A DNA stretch of 48,565 nucleotides from Hafnia phage Pocis76. Position numbers and translations under genes: made by a program. The stretch lies in sequence record MW689258.1. One strand, 5' to 3'. Under the pieces are notes generated by a model. The model was given only the letters and a program-made list of their open reading frames with translations. It ran no database searches and was not told where the DNA came from. This document shows, piece by piece, positions 7,904-17,925 of the stretch (positions are counted from its first letter, which is position 1; every line of letters begins with the position of its first letter).

Positions 7904-8130
7904 TGCTAATGTTTATTGTTGGTTTCATTTCGTGCTTTGTGCTGGCGCTTCTTGCCGTATTTGTTTCGAAGGCAAAGTTAAATAAGCTAATCGAAAGCGG
8001 AAAATACGCAGCCGCCATCTATAACGAGAAAGAAAAGCGATGGGAGGTAGGAGGCAGATACCTAAGCATTGCAGCAAAAATTAAGACTGGTATCGTTGCA
8101 AACAACGGAAGTGTTAAGTACACAGATTAA
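7903..8130 (+). CDS. membrane-anchored hypothetical protein
   Basis: N-terminal TM MLMFIVGFISCFVLALLAVFV. Confidence 0.6.
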   Translation: MLMFIVGFISCFVLALLAVFVSKAKLNKLIESGKYAAAIYNEKEKRWEVGGRYLSIAAKIKTGIVANNGSVKYTD

Positions 8131-8136
8131 GCACAA

Positions 8137-8161
8137 CCCCGCTACTATAGCGGGGTTTTTT
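8137..8161 (+). terminator. intrinsic terminator after left-arm genes
   Basis: CCCCGC tactata GCGGGG TTTTTT. Confidence 0.9.
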
Positions 8162-8212
8162 ATTGCCTGAAATTTTTGTTATAATCTGACTCTCAACAAA
8201 AGGAGGGAAATC

Positions 8213-8743
8213 ATGACAGAAAAAATTGACGGACGCCGCGCGGAGCAGAAGCCAGCGGTTAACTTTAAACAGCTGTACAACAAGAAGTATGGCGACATTG
8301 CAACAATGAACCGAAATCACAACTACACGCCAGAGCAGGTATTCGAGCTTGCGATCCGATACTTCACTTGGGCAGAAGAAAATCACATCAAGGCGACGGA
8401 AACAGCTGCATTCCAAGGCGTGGTTAGGGAGAGTCGAATTCACAAACCAAGAATATTTACCATTAATGGGTTTAGGTTGTTTTGCGGATTCTCATCTGGA
8501 ACCATTGACAAGTGGCGAAAGACCGATGGATTTAAAGATGTAATGGAGTTTGTTGATGGGGTAATTTATGAACAGAAATTCCAACTTGCCGCAAACGGGA
8601 TCGTCAATTCTAGCTTCATTGGCAAAGATCTTGGCATCGACAACGCGCCAGCCGTTAGCGTTGAGAACAATGTTACCACGGTTGATAATGTGAGCGCCGA
8701 GGATGTTCGCGAGGCTGTTATTGACATTCTGGATAAAATCTAA
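8213..8743 (+). CDS. terminase small subunit
   Basis: immediately upstream of large terminase; size and composition fit DNA-packaging proteins. Confidence 0.65.
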   Translation: MTEKIDGRRAEQKPAVNFKQLYNKKYGDIATMNRNHNYTPEQVFELAIRYFTWAEENHIKATETAAFQGVVRESRIHKPRIFTINGFRLFCGFSSGTIDKWRKTDGFKDVMEFVDGVIYEQKFQLAANGIVNSSFIGKDLGIDNAPAVSVENNVTTVDNVSAEDVREAVIDILDKI

Positions 8744-8755
8744 CGGAGGTTTTTT

Positions 8756-10324
8756 ATGCTGATTTGGGAAGATCTGACACCAGCGCATAAGCGAGCTATT
8801 AAGGAAATGAGTGAGCACTCATTCGAGAAGATGATTCGAATCTGGTTTCCGCTAATGCAGGGGCAGAAGTTTCTAGGTAACTGGCATTTTACATATCTAT
8901 GTTGGAAAGTAGAACAAATCATTAACGGAGAAGCACAAAATGTTATCTTTAATATAACACCAGGATCTGGTAAGACTGAAATCTTCTCTATCCATATGCC
9001 AGTAAACTGCATGCAGCGAAAAAAGAAAGTTAGGAACCTTAATCTATCATTCTCTGACGGATTGGTTCAGCAAAACAGCACGCGCGTTAAGGAGATTATC
9101 GGATCGCCAGAGTTCCAAGAGCTATGGCCTTGCAAGCTCGCCAAGGCTAGCTCAAAAGACATTACAGCTCTGAACAAAGACGGTAAGGTTTGGCTGCAAC
9201 TAAACTCACGCGCTATTGGTGGTCAGGTTACAGGTTTGCGTGGTGGCTACATGGATGATGGCTTTACCGGAATGTTGGTTCTTGATGACCCTGACAAGCC
9301 TGATGATATGTTTTCACCAGTGCGCCGCGCGTCGATTCATACGCGATTAAAGAACACGGTTCGTTCTCGTCGAATGAAGGATACAACGCCGTGCGTTATG
9401 GTTCAGCAGCGTCTACACGTTAATGATTCGACGTGGTTCCTACTAAATGGCGGTATGGGTGGTATTGAATTTGAGGTTGTATCTATTCCGGCGCTAGTTA
9501 CCGAGGAATATCGGGAAACGCTTCCTGACTGGTTAAAGCCTGAATTTGATCGGGATGTGTTGAGTAGTGAGCCAGTGCATATCGACGGCGTAGCGCATTA
9601 CTCGTTTTGGCCTGCAAAGGAAAGCGCCGAATCACTACTTGCTTTGCGTGAGGCTGATTTATACACATTCGAATCACAATACCAACAAAAGCCGATTGCG
9701 CTAGGTGGTAACGTGTTCAAGACGGAATGGTTCCCTTATTACGGCGATGGTGAAAGAGCGACACTTCCCAAACCAGATAGATTCGAGTACACGTTTATTA
9801 CAGTTGATACCGCTCAGAAGGTAGGCGAGCTAAATGACTACTCGGTCTTTTGCTACTGGGGCATGTATAAGGGGCGTGTTTATTTTATCGACGGCGTGCG
9901 CGGTAAGTGGGAGGCACCAGATCTTGAAACTAACTTTGTCGCTTTCGTGAATCAGTGCTGGAAGCGTAACAAGGAATGCGGTTCTCTGCGTAAAATTCAC
10001 GTAGAGGATAAATCGAGCGGCACTGGTTTGATTCAGGGGGCAAAAAAGAAAATGCCAATCGACATAAACCCAGTACAGCGAAACACTGATAAGGTTACGC
10101 GAGCGATGGACGCAGCGCCAGTGATAAAAGCTGGGCGTGTTGCGCTCCCAGAGAATCACCCAATGCTTGCGGAGTTGTTAGCAGAGGTTGCGGCTTTCAC
10201 GTTCGACGATAGCCATCCTCATGACGACATTGTTGATAATCTGATTGACGCTGTTAACGTCGAAATGAACCTAGCAGACGATCCGGTTTCTCGAATGAAA
10301 AAACTGGCGGGGCTAAAAAGATAA
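8756..10324 (+). CDS. terminase large subunit
   Basis: NITPGSGKTEIFSIHMP Walker A, LVLDDPDK Walker B-like, C-terminal nuclease region with FITVDTAQ and DDIVDNLID. Confidence 0.9.
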   Translation: MLIWEDLTPAHKRAIKEMSEHSFEKMIRIWFPLMQGQKFLGNWHFTYLCWKVEQIINGEAQNVIFNITPGSGKTEIFSIHMPVNCMQRKKKVRNLNLSFSDGLVQQNSTRVKEIIGSPEFQELWPCKLAKASSKDITALNKDGKVWLQLNSRAIGGQVTGLRGGYMDDGFTGMLVLDDPDKPDDMFSPVRRASIHTRLKNTVRSRRMKDTTPCVMVQQRLHVNDSTWFLLNGGMGGIEFEVVSIPALVTEEYRETLPDWLKPEFDRDVLSSEPVHIDGVAHYSFWPAKESAESLLALREADLYTFESQYQQKPIALGGNVFKTEWFPYYGDGERATLPKPDRFEYTFITVDTAQKVGELNDYSVFCYWGMYKGRVYFIDGVRGKWEAPDLETNFVAFVNQCWKRNKECGSLRKIHVEDKSSGTGLIQGAKKKMPIDINPVQRNTDKVTRAMDAAPVIKAGRVALPENHPMLAELLAEVAAFTFDDSHPHDDIVDNLIDAVNVEMNLADDPVSRMKKLAGLKR

Positions 10325-10336
10325 CTGATATAATAA

Positions 10337-10360
10337 GGCTGGATTTTTCCAGCCTTTTTT
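10337..10360 (+). terminator. intrinsic terminator
   Basis: GGCTGG attttt CCAGCC TTTTTT. Confidence 0.85.
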
Positions 10361-10376
10361 ATTATTGGAGGACGCA

Positions 10377-11627
10377 ATGAATAAGATTGTAAAAGCAGAT
10401 GGATACAATGAAATATTTAATGGAGGTGATCGCATCGAGAAGCCTTTCTATGTAACTGCGAGTACGTCATTGGGTACGTTTTACGAGCAAGACGGGTTAG
10501 CAAAGAGAATTATCGACGTGATCCCAGAGGATATGGTTTCAGCTGGGTTTACGGTTGAAGGCATTAAAGATGATGCGGCATTTCGCTCCGTGTGGGATGA
10601 GAAGCGCCTAAATGCAAAAATCATTGATGCATTGTCTTGGTCAAGGCTGTTTGGCGGCGCTGCAATCGTTGCCATTGTCTCAGACGGTCGAATGCTGAAA
10701 GCGCCAGCGGCTGATGGTGCAAAACTTGAGGACATTCGAGTTTATGATCGCTATCAGGTGCGAATCAAAAAGCGCGAAACAAACCCTAGAAGCGTGCGCT
10801 ACGGTGAGCCAGTAATCTATACCATTTCTACTGGTGGCGATGTTAAGGATTACGATGTTCACTATACGCGTGTTTGCATTATCGACGGCGAGCGGCTACC
10901 AAATGAAAAGCGACGTCAGAACGATGGATGGGGTGCGCCAATCCTCAACAAGCGCCTAATTGAAGCAATCGTTGATTATAACTATTGCGAAGATTTGGCT
11001 ACTCAGTTGCTACGCAGAAAGCAACAAGCAGTATGGAAGGCTCGCGGCCTTGCGGATCTGTGTGATGATGAGGAAGGGTTTAGTGCTGCGCGTCTGCGCT
11101 TGGCTCAGGTTGACGATAACAGCGGTGTTGGTCGGGCAATCGGCATTGACGCAAACGATGAGGAGTACGATGTTTTAAACTCTGACATTAACGGCGTTGA
11201 TGCGTTCTTGGATAAGAAAATGGATCGCATCGTTGCATTAACTGGCATTCATGAGATTGTATTGCGAAACAAGAACACTGGCGGCGTAAGTGCGAGCCAA
11301 AACACGGCGCTTGAAACCTATCACAAACTGATTGAGCGCAAACGATCTGAGGATTTAAAACCAGTGCTTGAATTCTTGCTTCCATTCATCATTGATGAGC
11401 AAGAGTGGTCTATCGTGTTCAATCCGTTGGCAGTGCCTAGCGAAAAAGACCAAGCCGAGGTTTTAAACAAAAATGTTGACTCAGTTACAAAGCTTGTTGC
11501 AGATCAGATTATTGATTCAGACGAGGCACGCGACACTCTGAGAGCAATTGGTTCTGTGTTAAAGCTGCGGAAAGGTGATATTATTAATATTCCAGAAAGT
11601 GACGTTGAACCAGAGCCGGAGGTTTAA
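10377..11627 (+). CDS. portal protein (DUF1073-like)
   Basis: synteny after TerL; LAKRIIDVIPEDMVSAGF, AIVAIVSDG. Confidence 0.75.
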   Translation: MNKIVKADGYNEIFNGGDRIEKPFYVTASTSLGTFYEQDGLAKRIIDVIPEDMVSAGFTVEGIKDDAAFRSVWDEKRLNAKIIDALSWSRLFGGAAIVAIVSDGRMLKAPAADGAKLEDIRVYDRYQVRIKKRETNPRSVRYGEPVIYTISTGGDVKDYDVHYTRVCIIDGERLPNEKRRQNDGWGAPILNKRLIEAIVDYNYCEDLATQLLRRKQQAVWKARGLADLCDDEEGFSAARLRLAQVDDNSGVGRAIGIDANDEEYDVLNSDINGVDAFLDKKMDRIVALTGIHEIVLRNKNTGGVSASQNTALETYHKLIERKRSEDLKPVLEFLLPFIIDEQEWSIVFNPLAVPSEKDQAEVLNKNVDSVTKLVADQIIDSDEARDTLRAIGSVLKLRKGDIINIPESDVEPEPEV

Positions 11628-11630
11628 TAG

Positions 11631-12386
11631 ATGAATAGAGGGAAAATTTGGAGATTTCCCGAAGCTACAGAGCGGCAATTGCGCCGCTCTATGCAGAAAG
11701 CAATTCGGGAGCTGATAGTTTTCATGCGCAGCAAGACGCGCTCAATGAAGTTTGATGCAAGCGAGCAGGAGATTACCGACGCAGAAGCTGAAATTCTTAA
11801 TTATAGCAAGGAGTTAGCGCTCATCCTGATTGGTTTATTGCCGACGATAGCGCGTACTGTTTACAAATTCAATTCAAATGAGTTTGTTAAAATCGCGAAA
11901 GCAACTGGCGGGAGGGATAATCAGGCTGTGTTGCTACTGATTGCTTTTGGTGCCAAGCAGAGCGAGCAATGGTATAATGATAGCTATAAGGAATGGGAAG
12001 CGTTGACTATCCAATCCTTTGATAAGCTTTTCACGAACATCATAAATGATTGGTCTAGCAACATACGACAAGCCAACTTCACGAAAAAGACAACCAATCA
12101 GGTAAACGAAATTGCGGAAAAGCGCTTTATAGTTTACAGCTCATGGGCTTCCAATAGAGCTAGTGGAATTGTAGGATCGTGGAATAGTAGACTGATGCGC
12201 CAGCGACTGGAGGACGCAAAGGTTGAAAGCTACTTCTGGCATGGTATGTTAGACGAAAGAGAGCGTGAGAAGCATGTACGATGGGAGGGAAAAGAGATAT
12301 TTCTTAATGAGATCCATGTTTTCCCTAGTGAGGAATACGGTTGCCGTTGCTGGGCGGTGCCTAACTGGAAAAGGAGCAAGCAATGA
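11631..12386 (+). CDS. head morphogenesis protein (Mu gpF-like)
   Basis: synteny; C-terminal DEREREKHVRWEGKEIFLNEIHVFPSEEYGCRCWAVP. Confidence 0.75.
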   Translation: MNRGKIWRFPEATERQLRRSMQKAIRELIVFMRSKTRSMKFDASEQEITDAEAEILNYSKELALILIGLLPTIARTVYKFNSNEFVKIAKATGGRDNQAVLLLIAFGAKQSEQWYNDSYKEWEALTIQSFDKLFTNIINDWSSNIRQANFTKKTTNQVNEIAEKRFIVYSSWASNRASGIVGSWNSRLMRQRLEDAKVESYFWHGMLDEREREKHVRWEGKEIFLNEIHVFPSEEYGCRCWAVPNWKRSKQ

Positions 12387-13489
12387 AAAAGGTTCAGCGA
12401 TTTGATAGTGTTAAGTTTAAGGCAAAGATTGACGAGCACGGCTTTTTAGTTGATCGCCCAATCGTTGCGCGAATTGGTTTACAGGTTTATAAAACGCCAT
12501 ACGGTGAGCGCCGAGAGTTTAGGCCAGCAAGTGAAGTTTTCAAGTCTGACTCTCTGGAATCGTTCACAGGAAAGCCAGTTACAATCGGGCATGTTACCGT
12601 TACACCAGAGAATGCAAAGCAGGTTGTAGTTGGTGCTTGCGCTGGTGCTGGCATTCCTAACGGGATCGGCGTAGAAGTTCCACTAAGCATTTACGATAAG
12701 GATGCAATCAAGAGTGCAAAGACAAAACGAACGCCTGAGCTTTCGGTTGGTTACACGTCAGTAGATATTGATGAAGCTGGTTATGGATGTAATGAGACTG
12801 GCGAGTATATTTTCATCAAGGACATGAAGGCCGACGAACAGCCGCCAGAGGGTTGGGTTAAGTTTGATGCGCTGCAAACAAACATCGTTGTTAATCACAT
12901 TGCTATGGTTTTTCGCGGTCGAGCTGGCATCGCGAAATTAAATCTTGATAGCGAGCAGGAATTCCCGTATTATGACGAAGAACTAACTAACAAAGGAGAT
13001 AGTGCAATGACTGTTAAAATTAAATTAGACGGCGCGGTAGAGTTCGACGTGCCAAAAGAAGTTGCAAGCCACATTGAAGCGCTTAAAGCTGATGTAGAAG
13101 CCGCAACCGCAAAAGCTGATTCTATGGAAGCCGAGCGCGACGCACTGCAAGCAAAAGTGGATTCAATGCCAGAAGAAATCCAAAAGGCAGTTGAACAAGT
13201 CAAGGCAGACGCAGAAGCGCATGCAGAGCTTGTTAAGGTTGCTGGTGAAGTTGGCATTAAGACCGATGGCCTAGACGCAAAATCAATCAAGGTTGCATAT
13301 GTGAAAGAAGTCATGGGTTCTGATGTTTCCGCTAAATCCGACTCTTACATTGAAACCGCTTTTGAATTGGCTCGCGATTCTGATAAAATGGCGGCTCAAC
13401 GCTTAGCAATTAACGGCGGCGCAGAAGGTAAGAATGACACGGCTGACGATGTTGTTCTTGATCCTAAAGCTCGTTTCAACAAGATTTAA
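12383..13489 (+). CDS. DUF2213-type prohead protease/scaffold protein
   Basis: SLESFTGKPVTIGHV, ELSVGYTS; C-terminal coiled-coil EAMKADVEAA-like region. Confidence 0.7.
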   Translation: MKKVQRFDSVKFKAKIDEHGFLVDRPIVARIGLQVYKTPYGERREFRPASEVFKSDSLESFTGKPVTIGHVTVTPENAKQVVVGACAGAGIPNGIGVEVPLSIYDKDAIKSAKTKRTPELSVGYTSVDIDEAGYGCNETGEYIFIKDMKADEQPPEGWVKFDALQTNIVVNHIAMVFRGRAGIAKLNLDSEQEFPYYDEELTNKGDSAMTVKIKLDGAVEFDVPKEVASHIEALKADVEAATAKADSMEAERDALQAKVDSMPEEIQKAVEQVKADAEAHAELVKVAGEVGIKTDGLDAKSIKVAYVKEVMGSDVSAKSDSYIETAFELARDSDKMAAQRLAINGGAEGKNDTADDVVLDPKARFNKI

Positions 13490-13505
13490 TAGAAGGAGAT
13501 AAAAC

Positions 13506-13988
13506 ATGATTGGAGCAACTTATTACAAAGAAATGGCTGTAGCTATGGGTGGTCAGGTGTCAGATACCTCTCGCTATAACATTGACGGTAACTGTGTTCT
13601 TGGTGGCGCTCGCCCCATCCTGTGTGGTCAGGCGGTTCACGTTGAGCAGGTTCTCAGTGATGGCACCAAGGAAGTTCAGCATATGGCAGAAAACAAGGTT
13701 CCTTACGGTGTTGCTATTCGCTCTCACTTTGCAACTATCACAACTCCAGATGGTCAAATGGCATACGATGTAGGTGATGGCGTAAACGTAATGACAGTTG
13801 GTCGCGTTTGGCTGATTGCAGAGCGAGACTTCACGCCAACTTTCGGCAGCGTTGTTACCTTAACAACTGACGGTAAAGCAAAGGAACAGGCTGACGGCGG
13901 CGTAGCTCCTACTGGCTGGACTTATGCTGGCGGCAAAACCAAGTTTGGTGATACAACTCTGCTAGAGGTTCAATTGCACCAGCTTTAA
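13506..13988 (+). CDS. capsid-associated structural protein
   Basis: synteny before MCP; SRYNIDGNCVLGG, VPYGVAIRS. Confidence 0.6.
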   Translation: MIGATYYKEMAVAMGGQVSDTSRYNIDGNCVLGGARPILCGQAVHVEQVLSDGTKEVQHMAENKVPYGVAIRSHFATITTPDGQMAYDVGDGVNVMTVGRVWLIAERDFTPTFGSVVTLTTDGKAKEQADGGVAPTGWTYAGGKTKFGDTTLLEVQLHQL

Positions 13989-14002
13989 TTAGCTGATAAC
14001 AT

Positions 14003-14027
14003 AGGCTACCGAAAGGTAGCCTTTTTT
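14003..14027 (+). terminator. intrinsic terminator
   Basis: AGGCTACC gaaa GGTAGCCT TTTTT. Confidence 0.85.
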
Positions 14028-14050
14028 GTATGGATAATAGGAGGTAATTT

Positions 14051-14887
14051 ATGGCTGATTATGGCGTTTTAAGAGGTGCATCATGCGCTGGTACGTTGGG
14101 TGATTCAAGTGACTATAATATTGATGGTTGCTGCTTTGTTGAGGATTACGAAAACGAACTCGGAATGTCTGCGCGTGCAAATGGCGAAATTATTAGTGGG
14201 AAAATCGTTAATGTAGTAGGCATTGAGGATGGGTACAAGAAGATTGCAGCACACTTTACAGATTCCGGCTACGACATTGCTTATGGCGTTGCGTTGCGCG
14301 ATAGTTTCGGCGGTCACGTTGATCCAACTGGGCTGACTGGTTATAGCTCCGGTGAACCAATTAGTGTCGTAACTCATGGTCGAGTTTGGGCTTTAACTAC
14401 AACCATTCAGAGCGCACCAACTCCTTTCTCTCACGTATATGTTACTGAGAACGGGTACGCAGCCGCCGATGCAGGTCGCGAGGATCAGAAAAACCACGAA
14501 ATTATGGGGTGGACTTTTACTGGTGGATTTGATCAATTCTCTCAGAACTTCCATTTGGTAGAGATTCAGGTTAAGCAGAGCACAGGGCATATGCACCACG
14601 ACAACAAGATTAAGGTTAACGGGATTAGCCTGAAAAAGAGTAGTGAGGGCAACTTGCGCCACGGCACGCCAGTATTCATCATTGCGGAAGTCTCACCAAA
14701 GACGGCTACCGATAAAACTGGTAGCTGGCATGTTGATGATGACTCAAAAGGAACAATTGAGGTAACAAACGAGGCAATGGCTAAGTTTACACCAGCATCA
14801 AATTTTGTTGGTGATGTGCATATTACTTGGGTTGCCAATGACGGTTCAGGCGTGCAAGGCATGGTTGAAATCACTTACATCCCATAA
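14051..14887 (+). CDS. capsid-associated protein with C-terminal Ig/cadherin-like domain
   Basis: N-terminal part resembles the 13506-13988 product; C-term FTPASNFVGDVHITWVANDGSGVQGMVEITYIP. Confidence 0.6.
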   Translation: MADYGVLRGASCAGTLGDSSDYNIDGCCFVEDYENELGMSARANGEIISGKIVNVVGIEDGYKKIAAHFTDSGYDIAYGVALRDSFGGHVDPTGLTGYSSGEPISVVTHGRVWALTTTIQSAPTPFSHVYVTENGYAAADAGREDQKNHEIMGWTFTGGFDQFSQNFHLVEIQVKQSTGHMHHDNKIKVNGISLKKSSEGNLRHGTPVFIIAEVSPKTATDKTGSWHVDDDSKGTIEVTNEAMAKFTPASNFVGDVHITWVANDGSGVQGMVEITYIP

Positions 14888-14899
14888 CATAAAAATATA

Positions 14900-14929
14900 T
14901 TGACGCTTTAACAAAAAGTGCTATATCAT
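14900..14929 (+). promoter_or_regulatory. major capsid promoter with operator between -35 and -10
   Basis: TTGACG (14900-14905), TAACAAAAAGTGCTA (14909-14923, reverse of TAGCACTTTTTGTTA), TATCAT (14924-14929). Confidence 0.65.
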
Positions 14930-14931
14930 AG

Positions 14932-14957
14932 GGGCGTTGTTAATCAATGCCCTTTTT
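14932..14957 (+). terminator. terminator/stem-loop between late promoter and MCP gene
   Basis: GGGCGTTG ttaat CAATGCCC TTTTT. Confidence 0.7.
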
Positions 14958-14979
14958 AATTGTATAAGGAGATAAAAGC

Positions 14980-15936
14980 ATGACTGTAAAATATGATGAA
15001 TTCGAAGCTGGCGTTATCACTAACCACTTGACCGCTCGCGGTGAAAAATCCGACGCTGCAACCGCTGGCATCTGGACTGCTCAAGAGCTGCATAAAATTA
15101 AATCTCAGGCTTACGAAAAAGAGTATCCGGCTGGTTCAGCGCTGAAAGTATTCCCAGTAACTAATGAGCTGTCAGACACAGACCGCACCTTTGAATACCA
15201 AGTGTTCGATAAAGTTGGTTTGGCTCAGATTATCACTGACTACACCGACGATCTGCCAACTGTGGATGCGTTAATGACCTCTGAATTTGGTCGTGTGTTC
15301 CGTCTGGGTAACGCATTCTTGATTTCAATCGACGAAATCAAAGCTGGCGCTCGCACTGGTCGCTCACTGTCTACTCGCAAGGCTAACGCTTGCCAGTTGG
15401 CGCACGATCAGCTGATTAACCGTCTGGTGTTCAAAGGTTCTCGTCCTCACAAAATCGTAAGTGTGTTTGATCATCCAAACATCACCAAGATTGCAGCAAC
15501 AACCAAGTGGTTGAATGGCGACACCAAGCACCCAGAGGCGGCAGAGTCAGATTTGGAACGCGCAATTGAATTACTGGAAAATCAGACTAACGGCGCACAC
15601 CGCGCTACTCACATTCTGATTCCACCATCAATTCGCAAGGTTCTGTCTGCTCGCATGCCAGAGACAACCATGAGCTATCTGGACTATTTCAAGTCACAGA
15701 ATGGCGGCATTGAGATTGAATCAATCGCAGAGCTTGAGAATTACGATGGCGCTGGTAATAAAGGTGTTCTTGTTTACGAGAAAAACCCAATGAACATGAG
15801 CATTGAGATCCCAGAAGCATTTAATATGCTGCCAGCTCAAGCTAAAGATCTGCATTTCAAAGTGCCTTGCACCTCTAAATGCACTGGCTTAACAATTTAT
15901 CGCCCTCTGACTCTTGTCTTAATCACTGGCGTGTAA
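14980..15936 (+). CDS. major capsid protein
   Basis: position in head module, 318 aa; FPVTNELSDTDRTFEYQVFDKVGLAQIITDY. Confidence 0.8.
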   Translation: MTVKYDEFEAGVITNHLTARGEKSDAATAGIWTAQELHKIKSQAYEKEYPAGSALKVFPVTNELSDTDRTFEYQVFDKVGLAQIITDYTDDLPTVDALMTSEFGRVFRLGNAFLISIDEIKAGARTGRSLSTRKANACQLAHDQLINRLVFKGSRPHKIVSVFDHPNITKIAATTKWLNGDTKHPEAAESDLERAIELLENQTNGAHRATHILIPPSIRKVLSARMPETTMSYLDYFKSQNGGIEIESIAELENYDGAGNKGVLVYEKNPMNMSIEIPEAFNMLPAQAKDLHFKVPCTSKCTGLTIYRPLTLVLITGV

Positions 15937-15944
15937 TATCATTA

Positions 15945-15974
15945 CGGGGAATTCCGAAAGGGTTCCCCTTTTTT
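15945..15974 (+). terminator. terminator
   Basis: GGGGAAttccgaaaggGTTCCCC TTTTTT. Confidence 0.75.
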
Positions 15975-15992
15975 ATTATGGAGGTTTATATA

Positions 15993-16268
15993 ATGGCAAA
16001 AGCAAAAGAAATCACTATCGTTAACACTGGTTTGTGTGCAATCTATATCGGCGCAGATCGCATTCTTCCTGATGAGGAATTGGCTATTCCAGAGGAATTG
16101 CTTAGCGCTGATTCAATTCGAGCATTGATTGCAAGCGGTGAGTTAAGTGTTAAGGATGATTCAAAGACCACAAAAGAAATCGCAGCAGAAGTTAACAAGC
16201 GCCGCAAACGCGATCCGTTCGAAGGTAAGAGCATTAAAGAGCTTGAGGACGGCGGGGAGTTTAACTAA
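15993..16268 (+). CDS. hypothetical structural-module protein
   Basis: GGAGG then ATG at 15993; MAKAKEITIVNTG. Confidence 0.65.
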   Translation: MAKAKEITIVNTGLCAIYIGADRILPDEELAIPEELLSADSIRALIASGELSVKDDSKTTKEIAAEVNKRRKRDPFEGKSIKELEDGGEFN

Positions 16269-16271
16269 AAA

Positions 16272-16301
16272 CACAGGGGCGCATATGCGCTCCTTTTTCG
16301 T
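16272..16301 (+). terminator. terminator
   Basis: AGGGGCGCATATGCGCTCCTTTTT. Confidence 0.65.
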
Positions 16302-16316
16302 TTTAGGAGGTATTAA

Positions 16317-16712
16317 ATGAACGATGAAATTATCGCGCAGATTCACAAACTAGCACCACCAATGAAGAAAGTAGATCCAGAATTGCTTTCAGCTTGGATT
16401 GAGCTAGCTATGGACTTTGTTTGTGAAAAGAAATTCAGGGACAAATACCATAGGGCGGTTGCGCTATACACGTTACACCTAATGACTCTTGATGGGGCGA
16501 TGAAGCAGGAGAAAGAGAGCGTAGAGGCTTATTCACGAAGAATTGCTTCATTCGCTCTGAGCGGTGAATTCTCTCAGACATTTGATCGAGTCAGTGCAAA
16601 TCACGAAAACCCATTAATGCAAACACCTTGGGGCAAGATGTATAGCATTCTGAATAAGAAGCGCGGCGGTGGATTTGGGCTCATAACCAGCCTACATGGG
16701 AGGTGCAAATGA
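16317..16712 (+). CDS. head-tail connector protein (DUF4054-like)
   Basis: synteny; [18 protein letters not shown]. Confidence 0.6.
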   Translation: MNDEIIAQIHKLAPPMKKVDPELLSAWIELAMDFVCEKKFRDKYHRAVALYTLHLMTLDGAMKQEKESVEAYSRRIASFALSGEFSQTFDRVSANHENPLMQTPWGKMYSILNKKRGGGFGLITSLHGRCK

Positions 16713-17083
16713 TTAACTATGATGAAATTGCAAATTTAGCAAGTGCTGGCATTGAGTTTTTTAGTGGCGGCGATGGCGAGTTTGATTGCATCACAAATTT
16801 TAGTGGCGCTAGAATGATTGGCGGTGTAGAAATGCATGAGCCAAAAGAAACGTGCAAGATTCGCGGATTCATTCGCTCACCAAAGATAAGGGAAGTTGAT
16901 GGCGAAATGATTTTTGCAACCGATAAGCTAGGCGTATTTAACGCAGACGTAGAAATTAAAAATGGTTATCAGGTCATTGTTGATGGCGAGACTTACACGG
17001 TTGTTGAGGCAAGACCAATCAGGCAAGTAAATAGAACGGTTGCCTATCGCCCGATACTGAGGAGAATTGCGATACATGGCTAA
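16709..17083 (+). CDS. head closure-type protein
   Basis: synteny; ATGA-type overlap. Confidence 0.5.
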   Translation: MINYDEIANLASAGIEFFSGGDGEFDCITNFSGARMIGGVEMHEPKETCKIRGFIRSPKIREVDGEMIFATDKLGVFNADVEIKNGYQVIVDGETYTVVEARPIRQVNRTVAYRPILRRIAIHG

Positions 17084-17516
17084 TTACAAAATTAGGCAGT
17101 TCAAAACAAGCATTGATAAGTGGATAGATGATGTTGAAAACGGCTTAGTTGATATTGTGGAAATATTCGGCGGCAAGGTTCAGGAGGCGTTAGTTAACGG
17201 ATCGCCAGTTGATACGGGTCGATTTAAAGCCAACTGGCAAGTTACCGCAAACAGCGTTCCAATGCATGCGCTTAATCAATACGATAAAGACGGCAAGAAA
17301 ACAATAACCGAAGGTAAAAGGGCTTTGTACGCAATAATGCGCGGCGGCGCTGCGGTTCGCTCAATCCACTTTTCAAACATGCTTATATACGCGAATGCTC
17401 TGGAGTACGGGCATTCTGCGCAAGCTCCTAGCGGCGTTGTGGGAGTTGTGTCTGCTAGACTTGGGATCTTAATGGGTGAGGCTATAAGGGAATCTAGGAG
17501 GAAAAATGCACTATGA
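17076..17516 (+). CDS. HK97 gp10-like tail completion protein
   Basis: VNGSPVDTGRFKANWQV motif. Confidence 0.7.
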   Translation: MANYKIRQFKTSIDKWIDDVENGLVDIVEIFGGKVQEALVNGSPVDTGRFKANWQVTANSVPMHALNQYDKDGKKTITEGKRALYAIMRGGAAVRSIHFSNMLIYANALEYGHSAQAPSGVVGVVSARLGILMGEAIRESRRKNAL

Positions 17517-17925
17517 TTTAATGCTTGCAGCGAGGAAAGAGTTGGCAAAAGGGTTTGAACGCCAATACAGCATTGCATATGAGAATATTCATTTTACACC
17601 GCCGGACGCTGGCGATCACTGGCTGGCTTATCACTACACAGAAGTAGATACGGCTTACTTGTCGCTTGATCGCAGGTGTATCTCATACATTGGAATGGTT
17701 CAGGTGAATATCGTGTTTCCACCTAATTCTGGAACCGACAGGCCACGCATGCTGGCAAAAGATATTGCTAACTTTTTCTATGATGGTAAAATATTGGAAA
17801 CTGGCTATATTAGCGAAGGCGCTAGTGTGAAACCAGTACAAAAAAGTGAAACGGGCTGGATGATTCCGGTTCGTTTTTTAGTTCGTTATGATGAAAAGAA
17901 GGAGGTTTATAATGCATCTGCCTAA
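17506..17925 (+). CDS. tail terminator-like protein
   Basis: synteny between gp10-like and tail tube genes. Confidence 0.5.
   Translation: MHYDLMLAARKELAKGFERQYSIAYENIHFTPPDAGDHWLAYHYTEVDTAYLSLDRRCISYIGMVQVNIVFPPNSGTDRPRMLAKDIANFFYDGKILETGYISEGASVKPVQKSETGWMIPVRFLVRYDEKKEVYNASA

Noticed and set aside
8163-8185. TTGCCT...TATAAT as a canonical promoter for the terminase operon
   Set aside because: Spacer of only 11 nt; TATAAT at 8180-8185 may still be a -10 but no proper -35 was found. The overlapping CTGAAATTTTTGTTA matches the operator at only 11 of 15 positions.
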